The notes under the pieces are model-generated. The model ran no database searches, was not told the origin of the DNA, and was given only the letters and a program-made list of their open reading frames with translations. DNA of 63,565 bases, counting the filler. It is 13 parts of 13 records of this genome, joined end to end, with 100 filler letters (N's around TTAATTAATTAA, not from the genome) between each part and the next. Parts side by side here need not be neighbours in the genome. Positions count along the whole stretch, not along the records: positions 1 to 4,750 come from SRR7504441_28849; positions 4,851 to 9,244 come from SRR7504441_28970; positions 9,345 to 14,558 come from SRR7504441_28990; 10 more parts are not named here. One strand, written 5' to 3'. Made by a program: the position numbers and the translations under genes. Positions within the stretch are counted from its first letter, which is position 1, and each line of letters starts with the position of its first letter. Below, piece after piece: positions 1 to 11,704 of the stretch.

Positions 1-112
1 GGCTGGGGGCTGGGGGCATAACGGCCAAGCGGGTCGCACGCTGGATCCGCCGTTGAGTGCGGTTGAGGCCGTTCAGCATCTCCCGCCCTGTGTGTCACTG
101 GAGGCGGCGGCG

Positions 113-3100
113 ATGCAGGACGAGCAGAGCGAGGGCCCCCGGTACACGGTGTCGATGGATTCGACCAGCAGCAGCACCCGCCCCAGCGAGATCGTCAACC
201 CGATGCAGGGGATGGGCCAGGATCCTGAGCTGGAAAAGGACTTCCAAGTGATCGACGACGGGAGCCCGCAGCAGCCAGCGGGGCCCCCACAGGGCCGTGG
301 CGACCCGAAGCCAAAGAGCAACCTCCGGCACATCCGGCTGCCGTTCGACAATCGGACGCCCAAGGGCAAGCCGATGTATCCGACCAACTTCGTGAGCAGC
401 TCCAAGTACACGGTGTGGAGCTTCCTGCCCAAAAACCTGGCCGAGCAGTTTAGCAAGGCAGCCAACGTCTACTTCCTGGTCCAGTCCATCCTGGTCTGCT
501 TCCCACAGATCAGCCCGTACGTCTGGTACTCCACTATCGCCCCGTTCGCCTTCGTGCTCACCCTGTCCGCCCTCAAAGACGCTTACGCCGACTTCCTTCG
601 GCATCAGGACGACAACGCCACCAACCAGCAGCTGGCCACGGTGCTGCGCGACGGGATCTGGCAGAGTGTGCAGTGGCAGCACCTGGTAGTTGGGGATTAC
701 GTGCAGATTGAGGACGGAGGACAAGTCCCTGCCGACACTGTGATCCTCGCTACGCAGCTAGCGGCCGACGATACAGCCAAACTGAACGAGGCCGGGGTGT
801 GCTTTGTCGACACCAAGGCACTCGATGGCGAGACTAATCTGAAGCCTTACGGCGGCCCGGCCGAGACTGCAGATCTGCGGACACCGGATGCTCTCTCCCG
901 GCTAGGGAAAGACCTTCACCCGGGCGCCAACCTGGTGAGTGAACAGCCGAACGGGATGTTGTACCACTATGAGGGGACGCTGACTGTCGGGCCGACCGCT
1001 GTGCCGCTGAAGAAGGAGAATGTGCTACTCAGGGGGATGAAGCTGTGCAATACTCATAAGGTGTGGGGAGTGGTGGTCTTTACTGGGTTTGAGACCAAGA
1101 TTGTTAAGAACAACGAGCGGGATCCGGGCAACAAGAAATCGAACATGGACAAGACGCTCAACCGGTTGCTGTTGTGGGTTTTTATCGTGCAAGTGTTGCT
1201 CTGTCTTGGATTTGCAATTGGGTCAGGACTCTTCTTCAGTCGATATGGCATGGACTCCTGGTATCTGGCGCTGTCCGATGCGTACGAGGATTCGCTCTCG
1301 ACGAACTGGTGCGAGCCCTCCAGATGGGTGTGCTGATGGCCCGGGCAGGTATGGCACCAATAAGGATTTCCTGGTGGGGTTTCTTTCGTTCTTCACCTTC
1401 TTCATCCTTCTGGCCAACATGGTGCCCATCTCTCTGTACGTAACGGTCGAATTCATCAAGTTCTTCACAGGCAGCCCGCCTCGCTCGCCGGCTGGCTGAG
1501 TGTGAGTCTAGGCTACTTCATAGACTGGGACATCCGGATGTACACTGAGGAGATCGAGAAGGGCGCCAAGTGCAGGAATGCCAACATCGCCGAGGAATCC
1601 GGCCAGGTTCAATACGTGCTCTCCGATAAGACCGGGACGCTCACTCAGAACAAGATGGAGCTACTCAAGTGTGTTATTGCGGGCAAGCCATACGGAGAAG
1701 GCCGGACCGAGATCGAGATCGCGAAATCAGTGCTCGATGCAGCCGAGGCCGCTAGGACCAACAGCCCGCAGAAACCCATACTGCAACGGTTCGAAAAGCC
1801 GTCAGTGGAGGGGGAGCAGGCTGGGTTCGAGTTCTATGATCGAAAGCTCAGTGGTGGTGCGTGGTCGCACGACAAGGGCTCGCCAGAGTACAAGCATGTT
1901 ATGGATTACCTGACAGCGCTGGCCCTGTGCAACAGTGTCGTGCCTCAGGAGGCAGACGACGGGTCCATGAAATACAGCGCCGAAAGCCCGGATGACGGTG
2001 CCTTAGTGAAGGCTTCATTCAACCTTGGGGTGAAGCTGCTGAGTCGAAAGCTCGTGGAGGGGAATGTGAACGAGTTGCGAGTCCATGACCCAGAGAGCTC
2101 AGCAGCCAATCCCAAACTGTATCGAGTGCTTGAGAATATGGGTTTCACGTCATCGAGGAAACGGATGGACGTGATTGTGCAGTTCCCAGATGACCCTGCA
2201 GACGTGGTGACAGTGATATGCAAGGGAGCAGACAGCTTTGTGCACAAGTACTGCCTCAAGGAATCCGAGTCGACAGTGTTCCAGCGGACCCAGCAGTATA
2301 TTGATGAGCACTCGGAGCAGGGGCTGCGTACGCTGTTTGTGGCACAAGCTAAAGTGCCACTGGCCAGCTTTGAGGAGTGGCAGAAGAAGTATGCAGCGTT
2401 GAAGAGCAGCAATGACTTCTCAAGCAAAGCTGAGAAGGAGGCAGCACTGGAGAAGTGCGAGGAGGAGCTGGAGAGGGGCACATATAGCGATGGGATGGAG
2501 CTGCTAGGCAGCACTGCAATCGAGGATAAGCTGCAGGTCAATGTTGGCCAGACTCTCAGTGCGCTGAGAGAGACCGATGTGAAGACTTGGGTGCTCACGG
2601 GGGACAAGGTGTGGGTTCAACGGCTCGAATGAGCCAGCTGGCAGGTGGGGACCGCGATTATGATCGGCTTTGCAGCAGAGCTGCTCACGCAAGAAATGCA
2701 CCAGATCAAAATCTTGGAATTCGAAGAAGGAAGCAACGAGATAGTCTCCAAGGAGGCTCTGCTCGATAGGCTGCTGACTGGGTGACTGTGTCCCTGTCGC
2801 ACTTGTCATAACGGGAGGTGGGTGCAGGCTCAAGGAGGATCCACGCGATGGTAGGCGCGATGATTGCACCAAGGACGCTCTGATTGTCGAAGGAGGAGCA
2901 TTGATGACCATGGGTATTGGTCGGGACAAGAAATGGTGGAGTCTTGAGGATCAGGATGCTGGCCCTTGCACCAACGCAGAAGTAGCGCAATACAAAGAGT
3001 TGCAGACAAAGTTCATCATGAATGCAGGCAAATGCCACGCAGTTCTGTGTTGCCGTGTGTCTCCCAAGCAGAAGGCAGACGTTACTCGGTTGGTCAAAGA

Positions 3101-4634
3101 AGTACTAGGGCAGATTACCCTCGGGATCGGCGACGGAGCCAATGACGTGGGAATGATTCTTGAGGCCGACGTCGGTGTGGGAATCCAGGGAGTGGAGGGT
3201 TCACAGGCTGTCAACAATGCAGACTTCGCTCTAACGCAGTTTCAGCATCTCTCAAATCTTATGTTTGTTCACGGCCGTTGGACGTATCAGCGGCTTTCGA
3301 GAGCAATTGTCTACTTTTTCTGTGAGTCCTCGTATGTGCCGCGCCTGTCCCTCACTAGCTGTTTGGCAGATAAGAATATGATCCCGACCATTACAATCGC
3401 ATTTTACATAATCGCTTCAGGCTTCTCGGGAAGTGGGCTGTACAACGACATGGTTATCTCCGGGTGATACTGCCCCCAGTCGTTCTCTGAGCTGGACTGC
3501 ACAGGTACAATCTGGTGTTTACCTCATTTCCGGTCGTTGTGTTTGCCCTAATGGAGCAGGATGTGGAGTACCACCTTTCGATCCAAGAGCCCACTATGTA
3601 TGGTGTTGGACAGCATAGCGAACGGCTCAACGCCAAGATCTTCGGGCTGTGGATGGGAGACTCGCTCGCCGCCTCCGTGTTTTGCTTTGTCCCATGCTGG
3701 TTTGCACAGCATGGCGAGATGAATGGGCGGATCCTGGGGCTCGGCCAGGTGACTCTTTGGTTTGGGCTGACTTCACTCAGCCTTGTGCGGCAGGTAGCAC
3801 TCACTATGTACACTTGCATACTATTGGTGGTCACATTCCGCCTGGCTTTGGACACGCAGTATTGGACCTGGATCCATCACGTCGCTTACTGGGGCTCAAT
3901 CGCTCTTTGGTGATGCCACTGAGCTCCTTCAGAGTGACTGATGGGTGTGCAGGGTGCTGTTCATAATGCTCGAATGTGCTGCACCATCCGGAATCGTCAC
4001 CGACGGCACGTTATACTGGGACATCTATAACGTAATGGGCTCCGCGTACTTCTGGCTTTTGCTCCCGCTCGGTAGAATCTGGCCTCTTAGCCAGGGTTGA
4101 GCCTCCTGTGCTGCAGTCACAGTGGCGTCCTGCCTCCCAGCCTACGTCTACCGCGCATATCACAATCTCTACTCGCCCAACGTTGTAGAGAAGGTCAGCT
4201 GCGCCTCCCTCCGAAACTTTGTGAGCGATCCTGGGCCCTCAGGTACGCCAAAAAATAGCGACATCACGAGAAGACAAACTTGTGGAGAGACGGGCTACGC
4301 TCGACAGGATAGCCTCTTCGCCATATTCAAGTGGCGAGGGAGGACCTTCGCCAATGCAGCCATGGAAGCCGTCGAATTTCGACAGGAAGCCGTCGAATTT
4401 CGATCGCGAGACCAACGTCATATGGGCGCTGCAGCGTCGGGCGACAGTGGATGGAAGGTGCCAGCAAGCGCTATCGACACAAAGCTAACGACCTTGTTGT
4501 GTTGTAGCGAAATTTCACTAGGAGCCCACAAGAACGTGTTGCGGTTTTCTAGCAATCTGAAGAGCAAGATGAAGATGAAGGGGAAGCGGAATAAGACCAG
4601 ATCTACAGAAGACATAGTCAACGTAAATGTATAG
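113..4634 (+). CDS. P4-type ATPase (phospholipid flippase), about 11 introns
   Basis: Motifs SKYTVWSFLPKNL, LDGETNLK, VLSDKTGTLTQN (phospho-Asp), FTSSRKRM, TAIEDKLQ, LTGDK, CCRVSPKQK, IGDGANDVGMI. Introns that restore the frame include 1309-1348, 1471-1511 (GC-AG), 2609-2644, 2770-2827 (GC-AG), 3322-3369 and 3464-3504. Confidence 0.95.
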
Positions 4635-4750
4635 ATTGTCAGTGTACATGTCGTAAACATGCGTAAAATGAATACAGTGTACAGCCCGTACGCTATCGAC
4701 TTTTGCGGTCCGTTAAAATACGAGATGGAGGATCGCCAAGATGCTAAGTC

Positions 4751-4850
4751 NNNNNNNNNNNNNNNNNNNNNNNNNNNNNNNNNNNNNNNNNNNNTTAATT
4801 AATTAANNNNNNNNNNNNNNNNNNNNNNNNNNNNNNNNNNNNNNNNNNNN
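4751..4850. other. Artificial contig linker, first of 12 (44N + TTAATTAATTAA + 44N)
   Basis: Identical 100-bp spacers at 4751, 9245, 14559, 17763, 22581, 26919, 30959, 34483, 43544, 52978, 56229 and 59368; the core puts stops in all six frames. Confidence 0.99.
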
Positions 4851-4936
4851 AGTCAGTAAGTAAGTGACGTAAGTGAGTAAGTCAGTAAGTAAGTAAGTGA
4901 GTGGAAGGAAGGAACCTTGGAAGGAAGGAAGGAAGT
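4851..4936. repeat. Degenerate (AAGT)n then (GGAA)n microsatellite at a contig end
   Basis: agtcagtaagtaagtgacgtaagtgagtaagtcagtaagtaagtaagtgagtggaaggaaggaaccttggaaggaaggaaggaagt. Confidence 0.85.
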
Positions 4937-5289
4937 ACTAGCGGATACACGCGCCCCTTAATTAAAATCTCCTAAAAGACCTAAATGTAACTAAGCGGGT
5001 CCGATCCGGAAAACGTGCCCGGAGGCCGGAGGTAAGGCCTGCCAAACCTAGGTATGTCGAGGCCCCACTTGAAGAATGATGCTACATGAATGTTATCGCA
5101 ATTCACATACTGTCATACTCCCCGGAGACCAGCACAATTGTACATAATTATTTAATTTAAGATTTAATTAATCATGATTATTTCATTATTTCCGTCGAGA
5201 CGCACTAGATACGCACTAGATTGCGAGTAGATTGCAAGTAAGTAGACCTACTTCAGTACTGCTTCAGGTCAATGAGTGTGATATCGGAG

Positions 5290-7864
5290 TCAGTAGTCGT
5301 CGTCCTCGTCTTGATCAGCGAAACAGCTTTCGAAAAATGGCTGGTGCATCTGACTCATGTACCATTCATAAGTCCGAGGTGTGACATTTCCCGGAAAGCC
5401 AAAGCTCACATCGCTCGAAAAGGAGACATCAGCATCAACAAAGCTGTCGTTCACATCACACCGCTTCATTCCCAGCTCTGTATCGTACTCACTGCGCTTA
5501 GAACTGTCCGAAAGTGTGGCGTATGCGTCCGATACCCGCTGGAACATGCGCGTGGACCTGATCTTGGCGTCCTCGCTGGCCATGTGTTTATCTGGGTGCC
5601 ATTGCTTCGACAGTCTATGGTACGCCTTCTTAATCTCCGAGAGCTCTGCCTCCTCGGCCACACAGAGCAGCTCGTAGTAGGTTGCATCTCGGAACAGTTT
5701 AATCTGCTGGGCCTGCTGGCACCATTTCTCCATCGCATCCACCTCGGTCTCGAGCACCGCCAGTTGCTCCAGGTCCTCGACAGCAGTCTCAAAGTCACAC
5801 AGCTCCACAGCCGCGTGCGCCCTCAACTCGAGCAGCTTTTGATACTCGGGTGAGCTGCGAGTGAGCTTGCCCAACGCCGCGCTGCAACTGTCGATCACCA
5901 CGTGCTGCTCCTTCTGGTGCGCCGCCACTTCAGCTCGGTTCTTATGCAGCAGGCCCACGGCCGTCTGCGACAGCTCCTCAGCTGCAACCGACAGCTCAGC
6001 ACTCGCAGCACCGACGCTTACCGAGGGCCTCAGGCCCGCACTGCACTGCTGCGTTAAATAGTTCGAGCGCCTCAGCGTAAGAACGCTCCTCGTAAAGCTT
6101 GGCAGCCCTTCGGGAGAAGTTCCACACCTTCACACCTGCCACCCAAGCTCGCCTGACAACCCAGGCTTCTCTTCACCGGGGTGCTCGAACGCTTCAAGAA
6201 GCTCGGGTTGGGCTGGTTCGAGCGCTGCGGCCAGTTGCTTTGCGTTTAGCCCTTGCCCATCGGCCACCTTACAGCAGGCGTGACCGGCCAGAATAGTGGA
6301 GCCGCACCTCGGGCGAGGCTCCGCAGCGGAGCAGCATCCGGATGTGCGCTGGGTTGGCCGTATGCAGCACCGCCAGGTGCAGGCAGCTCCGGCGCTCGGC
6401 TGGCAATCGAGTGATCCTGCAGGAGGCTGGCAGGCCACACCGTCAAGCTGGTCGATCTGTCGAGTGCGCGGGAGCAGCAGCCGCATCACTGGCTCACAGT
6501 TGGCCCGGATCGCGTGGTGCAGCGCCATCCCACCGCAGCCAGGCTCACCGGCCTCAAACGCCAGATCCACGTCCAAATCAAACTGGAGAAGCAGCTGCTC
6601 AGCCAGCTGCGCGTGCCCCTGCCGGCAGCACTGGCAGAGGATCCGTCCGAGCAGTTTGTCAAGCCTGTCAATCGCGGCGCGCGACTCTCCTGGGATCTCC
6701 GACATCGGGTCCAGGCAGCGCACCAGGGCTGACAGATCGCCCGTCTCGGCGGCTGAAGTGAGTCCAATCGCTCGCGGGGCTGAACAGAGGTCAGTTGCAG
6801 CTTGCTGGTGGGTGACCTGTGTCGATTCCTCCGTCGATGTGTATGGCTGCTGCCAGCAGGGTCTTGAAGAGGCCTTGGGTGCTCATGGCCTGACTGTTGG
6901 CTCGCTGCAGCAGCGCGGAGGCCTCCAGTCTGCTCTCCTCCAATTCGCGGCTCATAGAATCCATAGTCCTAACCACAACGGCTAGCAACCGAGCTCGCCC
7001 GGTGGCGGCAGGCACCTGTTTAGCGACTCCACGTGCTGCTCACGAATGATTGCCGAGTCTATCATCTGCTGCTTGTCCGCAGCCGCCTGTTGCCAGTCAT
7101 TATCGTGCCTGGCCGCTCTAATACGCTCACCACATCCAAACGCTGGCCCACAACCTCCGATATGTCCCGAACCTGCTTCTGCAACACCTGCCCGCCCTTG
7201 TCGGCCCCGCCAAACCTGCCCGCCCACCGCCACAGTCTCGACAAGCTTCTGATTCTCCATGAAATACTTGTTGGCGTCCGCTTTCGCCTGCGGGCCCTGT
7301 TCAGACGGCCAGGCACTGCTGGGCTGCCTGGTTCAGTTGATCCATGCCGTCCTGGTTCTGGCTGAGCTTGAGTCGGAGCTCCGAGATGAGCGCCTGCTGC
7401 TGCTGGCTCCGCTGTTCCATGCTGCGCCGCTCGTTCGCGGCCAGCTTGAGCTCATCTCTAAGAGCCGAGATCTGCGCCCGACCGTCAGCCCGCCTCCGCA
7501 CCGGAGCGCCACCTCCTCCTGGTTGCTCAGGCTCGCCGCCAGCCGGTACCGGCGCTCGCCGATCCCCTGCGGCCGGTTCCAGGCGGGGCCGGGGGGGTGG
7601 AGCTACCCGCTCGAGGTCACGCATCTGCTGCTGCATCCGCTTGATCTCTGGGTCGTCGTCCAACGGGATTTGCTCGAGCGGGCTGAAGAAGGAGGCCCTG
7701 CTCTCAGAGAACTGCGACTTGCTCAGCTCGGGCGAGTCTCTGAGCAGCTCCGGAAAGAGCGGCGAGTTGGTCAGGTTGGAGAAGGGCGCCGCCTCCGAAG
7801 GCCGGAAGAGCAACCCTGACGCCTCGGGCGTCGACGGGCTCCCACACGACGGGTGGAACGCCAT
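5290..7864 (-). CDS. Multi-exon coiled-coil + ankyrin + TPR + DnaJ (J-domain) protein
   Basis: C-terminal J domain YYELLCV..EIKKAYHRLSKQWHPDK..FQRVSDAYATLSD; TPR-like AAKLYEERSYAEALELF; ankyrin-like GMALHHAIRANCEPVMRLLL and GRSCLHLAV. Joining the 6791-7864 exons to the rest is inferred from short introns. Confidence 0.7.
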
Positions 7865-8013
7865 GCTGTGCTCTGGCTTCGTGCGCCTGGATGACGGCGC
7901 AAGACGGCCGGAGTGAAGCTAACGCGGAGAGCAAGGTGCAAGCCACACCAGCGCCACTCAGCTTAAAAATCAAAATCGACTGCAGCTGGCAACGGCAATG
8001 CAACTCTAACTGC

Positions 8014-8072
8014 CATCTCGACCGGCTTCGTCTCTGAACCGGCTTCATCTCCGACCGGCTTCATCTCGACCC
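8014..8072. repeat. About 3.5 imperfect 15-17 bp tandem units (CATCTC-GACCGGCTT) in a divergent promoter
   Basis: catctcgaccggctt/cgtctctgaaccggctt/catctccgaccggctt/catctcgaccc. Confidence 0.8.
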
Positions 8073-8084
8073 TGCTTGTTCGGG

Positions 8085-9244
8085 ATGGCCGGCCGGCGCG
8101 CTCGCAAGCCCTTCAGCAGTCCGATTGAGGACATTGGCCGGCCAGTCCGCGTGCCGTTCGAGGCGACGGTGCTCTCTTCTTCGAGCGACGGGTACCTGAT
8201 CGACCTCCGTGACGGGAGCACCCCGAGAGCGTGGAGCCGGTCCGAGCTGTGCGCCCAGCTCCAAAGCCCCGAGGTGCTCACATCCGGGATTCGGGAAGGC
8301 GCTTCCCTGACCATATTCTGGTCCGGTCGCCTCGCGGCCGTGCGGCCAGGGCAGGCAAAGGTGCAGGTAGAGGACGGCAGCAGCTACTGGCTGCCGCTGG
8401 AACAGGTCCGTCGGTACTTTACGAGCGCCCCGTCCGAGGCTGTCCAGCTGCCCGACGACCAGCAGTGCGCCATCTGCCTGGGCGAGTTCGACCGGCAGGT
8501 TGTGGCCCGGCTCGAGTGCGGGCACTGCTTTCACGCGGACTGCCTGGACATCCACGCGGAAAAGAACTCGCCCAACTGCCCGCTCTGCAGGCAGCGGTTC
8601 AGGGCGCGGTCAGTAGTGCGGGTGAGGGCTGCCGAGCGATCAGAGCACCAGTCGCCAGATCCGCCATCGCCACAGACTTGTAACAGGAACGACCACAAGC
8701 CCGACTTTGAATGCCACAGAGGGGAAACGAGCCTTGGGATCGACGACAACGCATCGAGTAGCAGATCCTCAAGCGAGGCCGAGGAGCCAGGGTCACCTGC
8801 GATAGAGCTGCCACCGTCACCAGAGATCGACCTGTCACAGTTTCTTTCAGATTGTAGTAACTCCGGCTACCTCGGCGTGCAAAGACTTCCGGGCGGAGGA
8901 TTCAAAGCCTCCTTATGGTTGGGCCAAACAGTAAATCTCGGTGTTTACACAAATCTCCAAGAGGCAGCAACAGTGGTGGCCAGAAGGTACATTCAGGCCA
9001 GGGGTAGTCCACCAGCTGCGCATTTGCGAAAAGAAACAATGTGCGTTGAAGAGCCGGTCCGAGCTGTGCGCGCAGCTCCAAAGCGAGCCGACAGATCAAA
9101 CACCACATCATCAAGTGAGGCCGAGGAGCTCGACTTGGAGCAGTTTCGATCCGATCGCAGCAAGAGCGGCTACCTCGGTGTAATCGTACAGCCTGATGGC
9201 TTGTTCCGAACCCAATTGAATATACACGGCAAGCAGCGGAGCTT
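8085..9244 (+). CDS. RING-H2 + tandem AP2-like DNA-binding domain protein, possible N-terminal Tudor-like pair; 3' truncated
   Basis: RING-H2 CAICLGEF..LECGHCFHADCL..CPLCR; AP2-like SGYLGVQRLPGGGFKASLWLGQTVNLGVYTNLQEAA and a second SGYLGV..FRTQL cut by the contig end. Confidence 0.8.
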
Positions 9245-9344
9245 NNNNNNNNNNNNNNNNNNNNNNNNNNNNNNNNNNNNNNNNNNNNTTAATTAATTAA
9301 NNNNNNNNNNNNNNNNNNNNNNNNNNNNNNNNNNNNNNNNNNNN

Positions 9345-9789
9345 GGCAGAGATAGGTGTGGTGAACCTGGCGAAGGATCCTTCATCTGGAAAACTCGTGG
9401 CGGCTAGATCATTGCCTGGCTGGACCAGCACCAATAGCACATACGTCAGAGAAGACGTCGAAGATCTGAGTGATGAAGAAACCTCTCAACCGCATCTAGA
9501 CACGCCATCTGACAGCAGTGTTGCTTGGGAAGTCAACGACATCACTGAAAATGACAAGCTTGACACCATATCGGTGTTAGCATTTCCACTCAAAAATTGC
9601 CTGGACCACTTGGTCGGGGTGATAGAGGTCCGTAATAAGAACGGCGCCACCCATATATTCAACGAGGACGAGGAACAATTGGCAGTTGCCCTTGGTTATG
9701 TCTGTGGTGCAGCCATCCGAAACTCACAACTTCAAACAACCCGAGATGCCAAAAGCAAATGGAACGAAATTTATAAAATACTCGAATAG
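9345..9789 (+). CDS. GAF-domain protein fragment, 5' truncated
   Basis: TISVLAFPLKN..LVGVIEVRNK..FNEDEEQLAVAL..GAAIRN matches the NKFDE-type GAF signature. Confidence 0.7.
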
Positions 9790-10104
9790 TACATGTACCG
9801 CCCGGGTCACGCAGATATTCTTACCCTGCTTTGATCCGCTGGCTACCGAGTTTCTGCTCCCACGGTTGATCTACTCCCAGCTCGAGGGGTTGTCTCAAAA
9901 CATTAATTTTGAAGACGAGCAATAGTTTGAATTTTTATACTTGTATAAAAACAAATTCAGTGATCATGACATGTTCATGAATCGATCTACTCATAACTCT
10001 CGTGCGTGTATGTGATTGTGCATTTGTACCCCAACGCTGATTGCGTCGACCTGGGAAGGCCTAAATGTTAACTTTTGAAAATGCCTTACAGTAAGTCCGC
10101 TCAT

Positions 10105-11573
10105 TCAGTGAGTGACCTTCCGCATCATTGAATTGAGGTCACTACGCAGTATTTGCAGCCTTTGAGCCTGAAGATCCACAGCACTTTTGAGCTTAGCACG
10201 TTGCTCTTCTGCTGTACTCAGCTCCTGCTCCTCCCCGGCATGCGGCACTCCCAGATTGGGCCTGCCGGTTGCCGGGCTCCGACTGTGCAACTCTGCTTCT
10301 CTCGAGCGGGCCTGTTCCAGCTGTTCCATCACCTTGAGCCCAACACGTCAGCCAACCAGCACCGCCGGCCGCACCTTGCACTTCTCGCTCCTCAGCGCAT
10401 GGATGTGCGACCGCAGCTGCAATTCAGCTGACTGGCTCGAGGGCTGGCCATCATCGGCTCCTGTCAGCTGCTGCCGCATGACCCTTGTTGCCGCCAGCTC
10501 GTCCGAGAGCATCTGCCTGTACGACCGACCCGCATCCGCGCTCGCCGATGGCTCCAGGGTGGGCGATGGCCAGGCATGATGCACCGGGGCCATTTGTGGC
10601 GCAAGTACGACAGGCTGCGGACCTGGCCAGCCTATGGGCTCGCGTGCGGCTGACTGGCTGGCAGTCATGATCGGCTGAGCTGGGGCAGGCACGCCAGCAG
10701 ACGGGACGAGCTGGCTGCGCTGCTGGGACAGGGCTGGTCTCGCCCCCACCGGCTCGGCTGTCCAATGCCTTTGGTCTGCACCCCTCAGGTCTCCGATCAC
10801 CAGCTGCTCGTCCTGCCTTCGCTCCGAGCTCACAGCCTGCTGAGTCAGCACCGGCCGCGGCTCCTGCCAGATTGAGGGCTGGTCTGGGGCCCGGTGGTAC
10901 CCGCGCTGCTCGGCCTCCCACAGGAGTTGTTCAGCGACCATCTGCTTGTGCTCCTCTTGCCTGCGCGCGCCTTCCTGGCTGACAATCTGCCTCAACCGCT
11001 CGGTGTCCTCCAGCCGCTTGAGAGCCCCTGGGCTCTGCGGTGCCTCCTCCGCCGGCTCTGGCTGCTGCCCTGCCAGGTTGCCCGCCGGTGGCTCGGGCTC
11101 GCTCCGTCGGCGCTGCTTCGCCTCGCTTTCCACCCGCTCGCGAATCATCCGCTCCTGCGCCTCTTGCCGCCTAGCCGCTGACCGGGGCGACTCGTCTAGT
11201 TCTCGGTGCTCCTGCGCAGGTCCCCGGCTGGGCTCGGCCGGTGTCTCGGCCTCTGGCTCGGCAAGTGGCTCGGCCGGCCGGGGGCTCCCGCTGGCGGCCC
11301 GGGCGCGCTGGGCCTTGAGTTTTTCGTGCAACCTGCATTGGCGGTCAGACGGGCGCGGGGCGGGCGACTGCACCGGCGCATCCCCTCGTTGGCCCACTGT
11401 GGTTCCGGCTCCGGGTTTGAACGCTCCGGCAGCCGAAGGCCGGTACTGGCTTGGCTCTGCGATGGATCGAGCTGGCCTGGCACAAACCCGGCGAACGGGA
11501 GTCCGCCGTGCAGCTGCGGTGGTGGCGGCCCCCAGCCCCCGAAGCCGCCCCGGACCTGTCCCCAGCCGTACAT
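10105..11573 (-). CDS. Hypothetical low-complexity/coiled-coil protein with introns
   Basis: Q/E/R-rich helical ORF segments at 10105-10332 and 10370-11330 linked by plausible short introns; likely start MYGWGQ at 11573, head-to-head with VAC14. Confidence 0.5.
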
Positions 11574-11704
11574 CCCCGACTCTGCCCAGCCCTCCGGAGC
11601 GAACTGCTGAGCGGAAAAGCAACGACCCTCGGGGCCTGGAGCAGCTCGGGGCTCGGGCGGACCGCACGGGAGGGTGGCCTGGGTAGAGCCGGTAACACCA
11701 AACC

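Noticed and set aside
1309-4510. Apparent frameshifts and stops in conserved genes, suggesting pseudogenes, recoding or an alternative genetic code
   Set aside because: Each case I examined resolves with a 36-58 nt GT-AG or GC-AG intron; the standard code fits.
8014-8072. Short repeat series as a possible CRISPR array
   Set aside because: Units are adjacent with no unique spacers, no cas genes, eukaryotic context.
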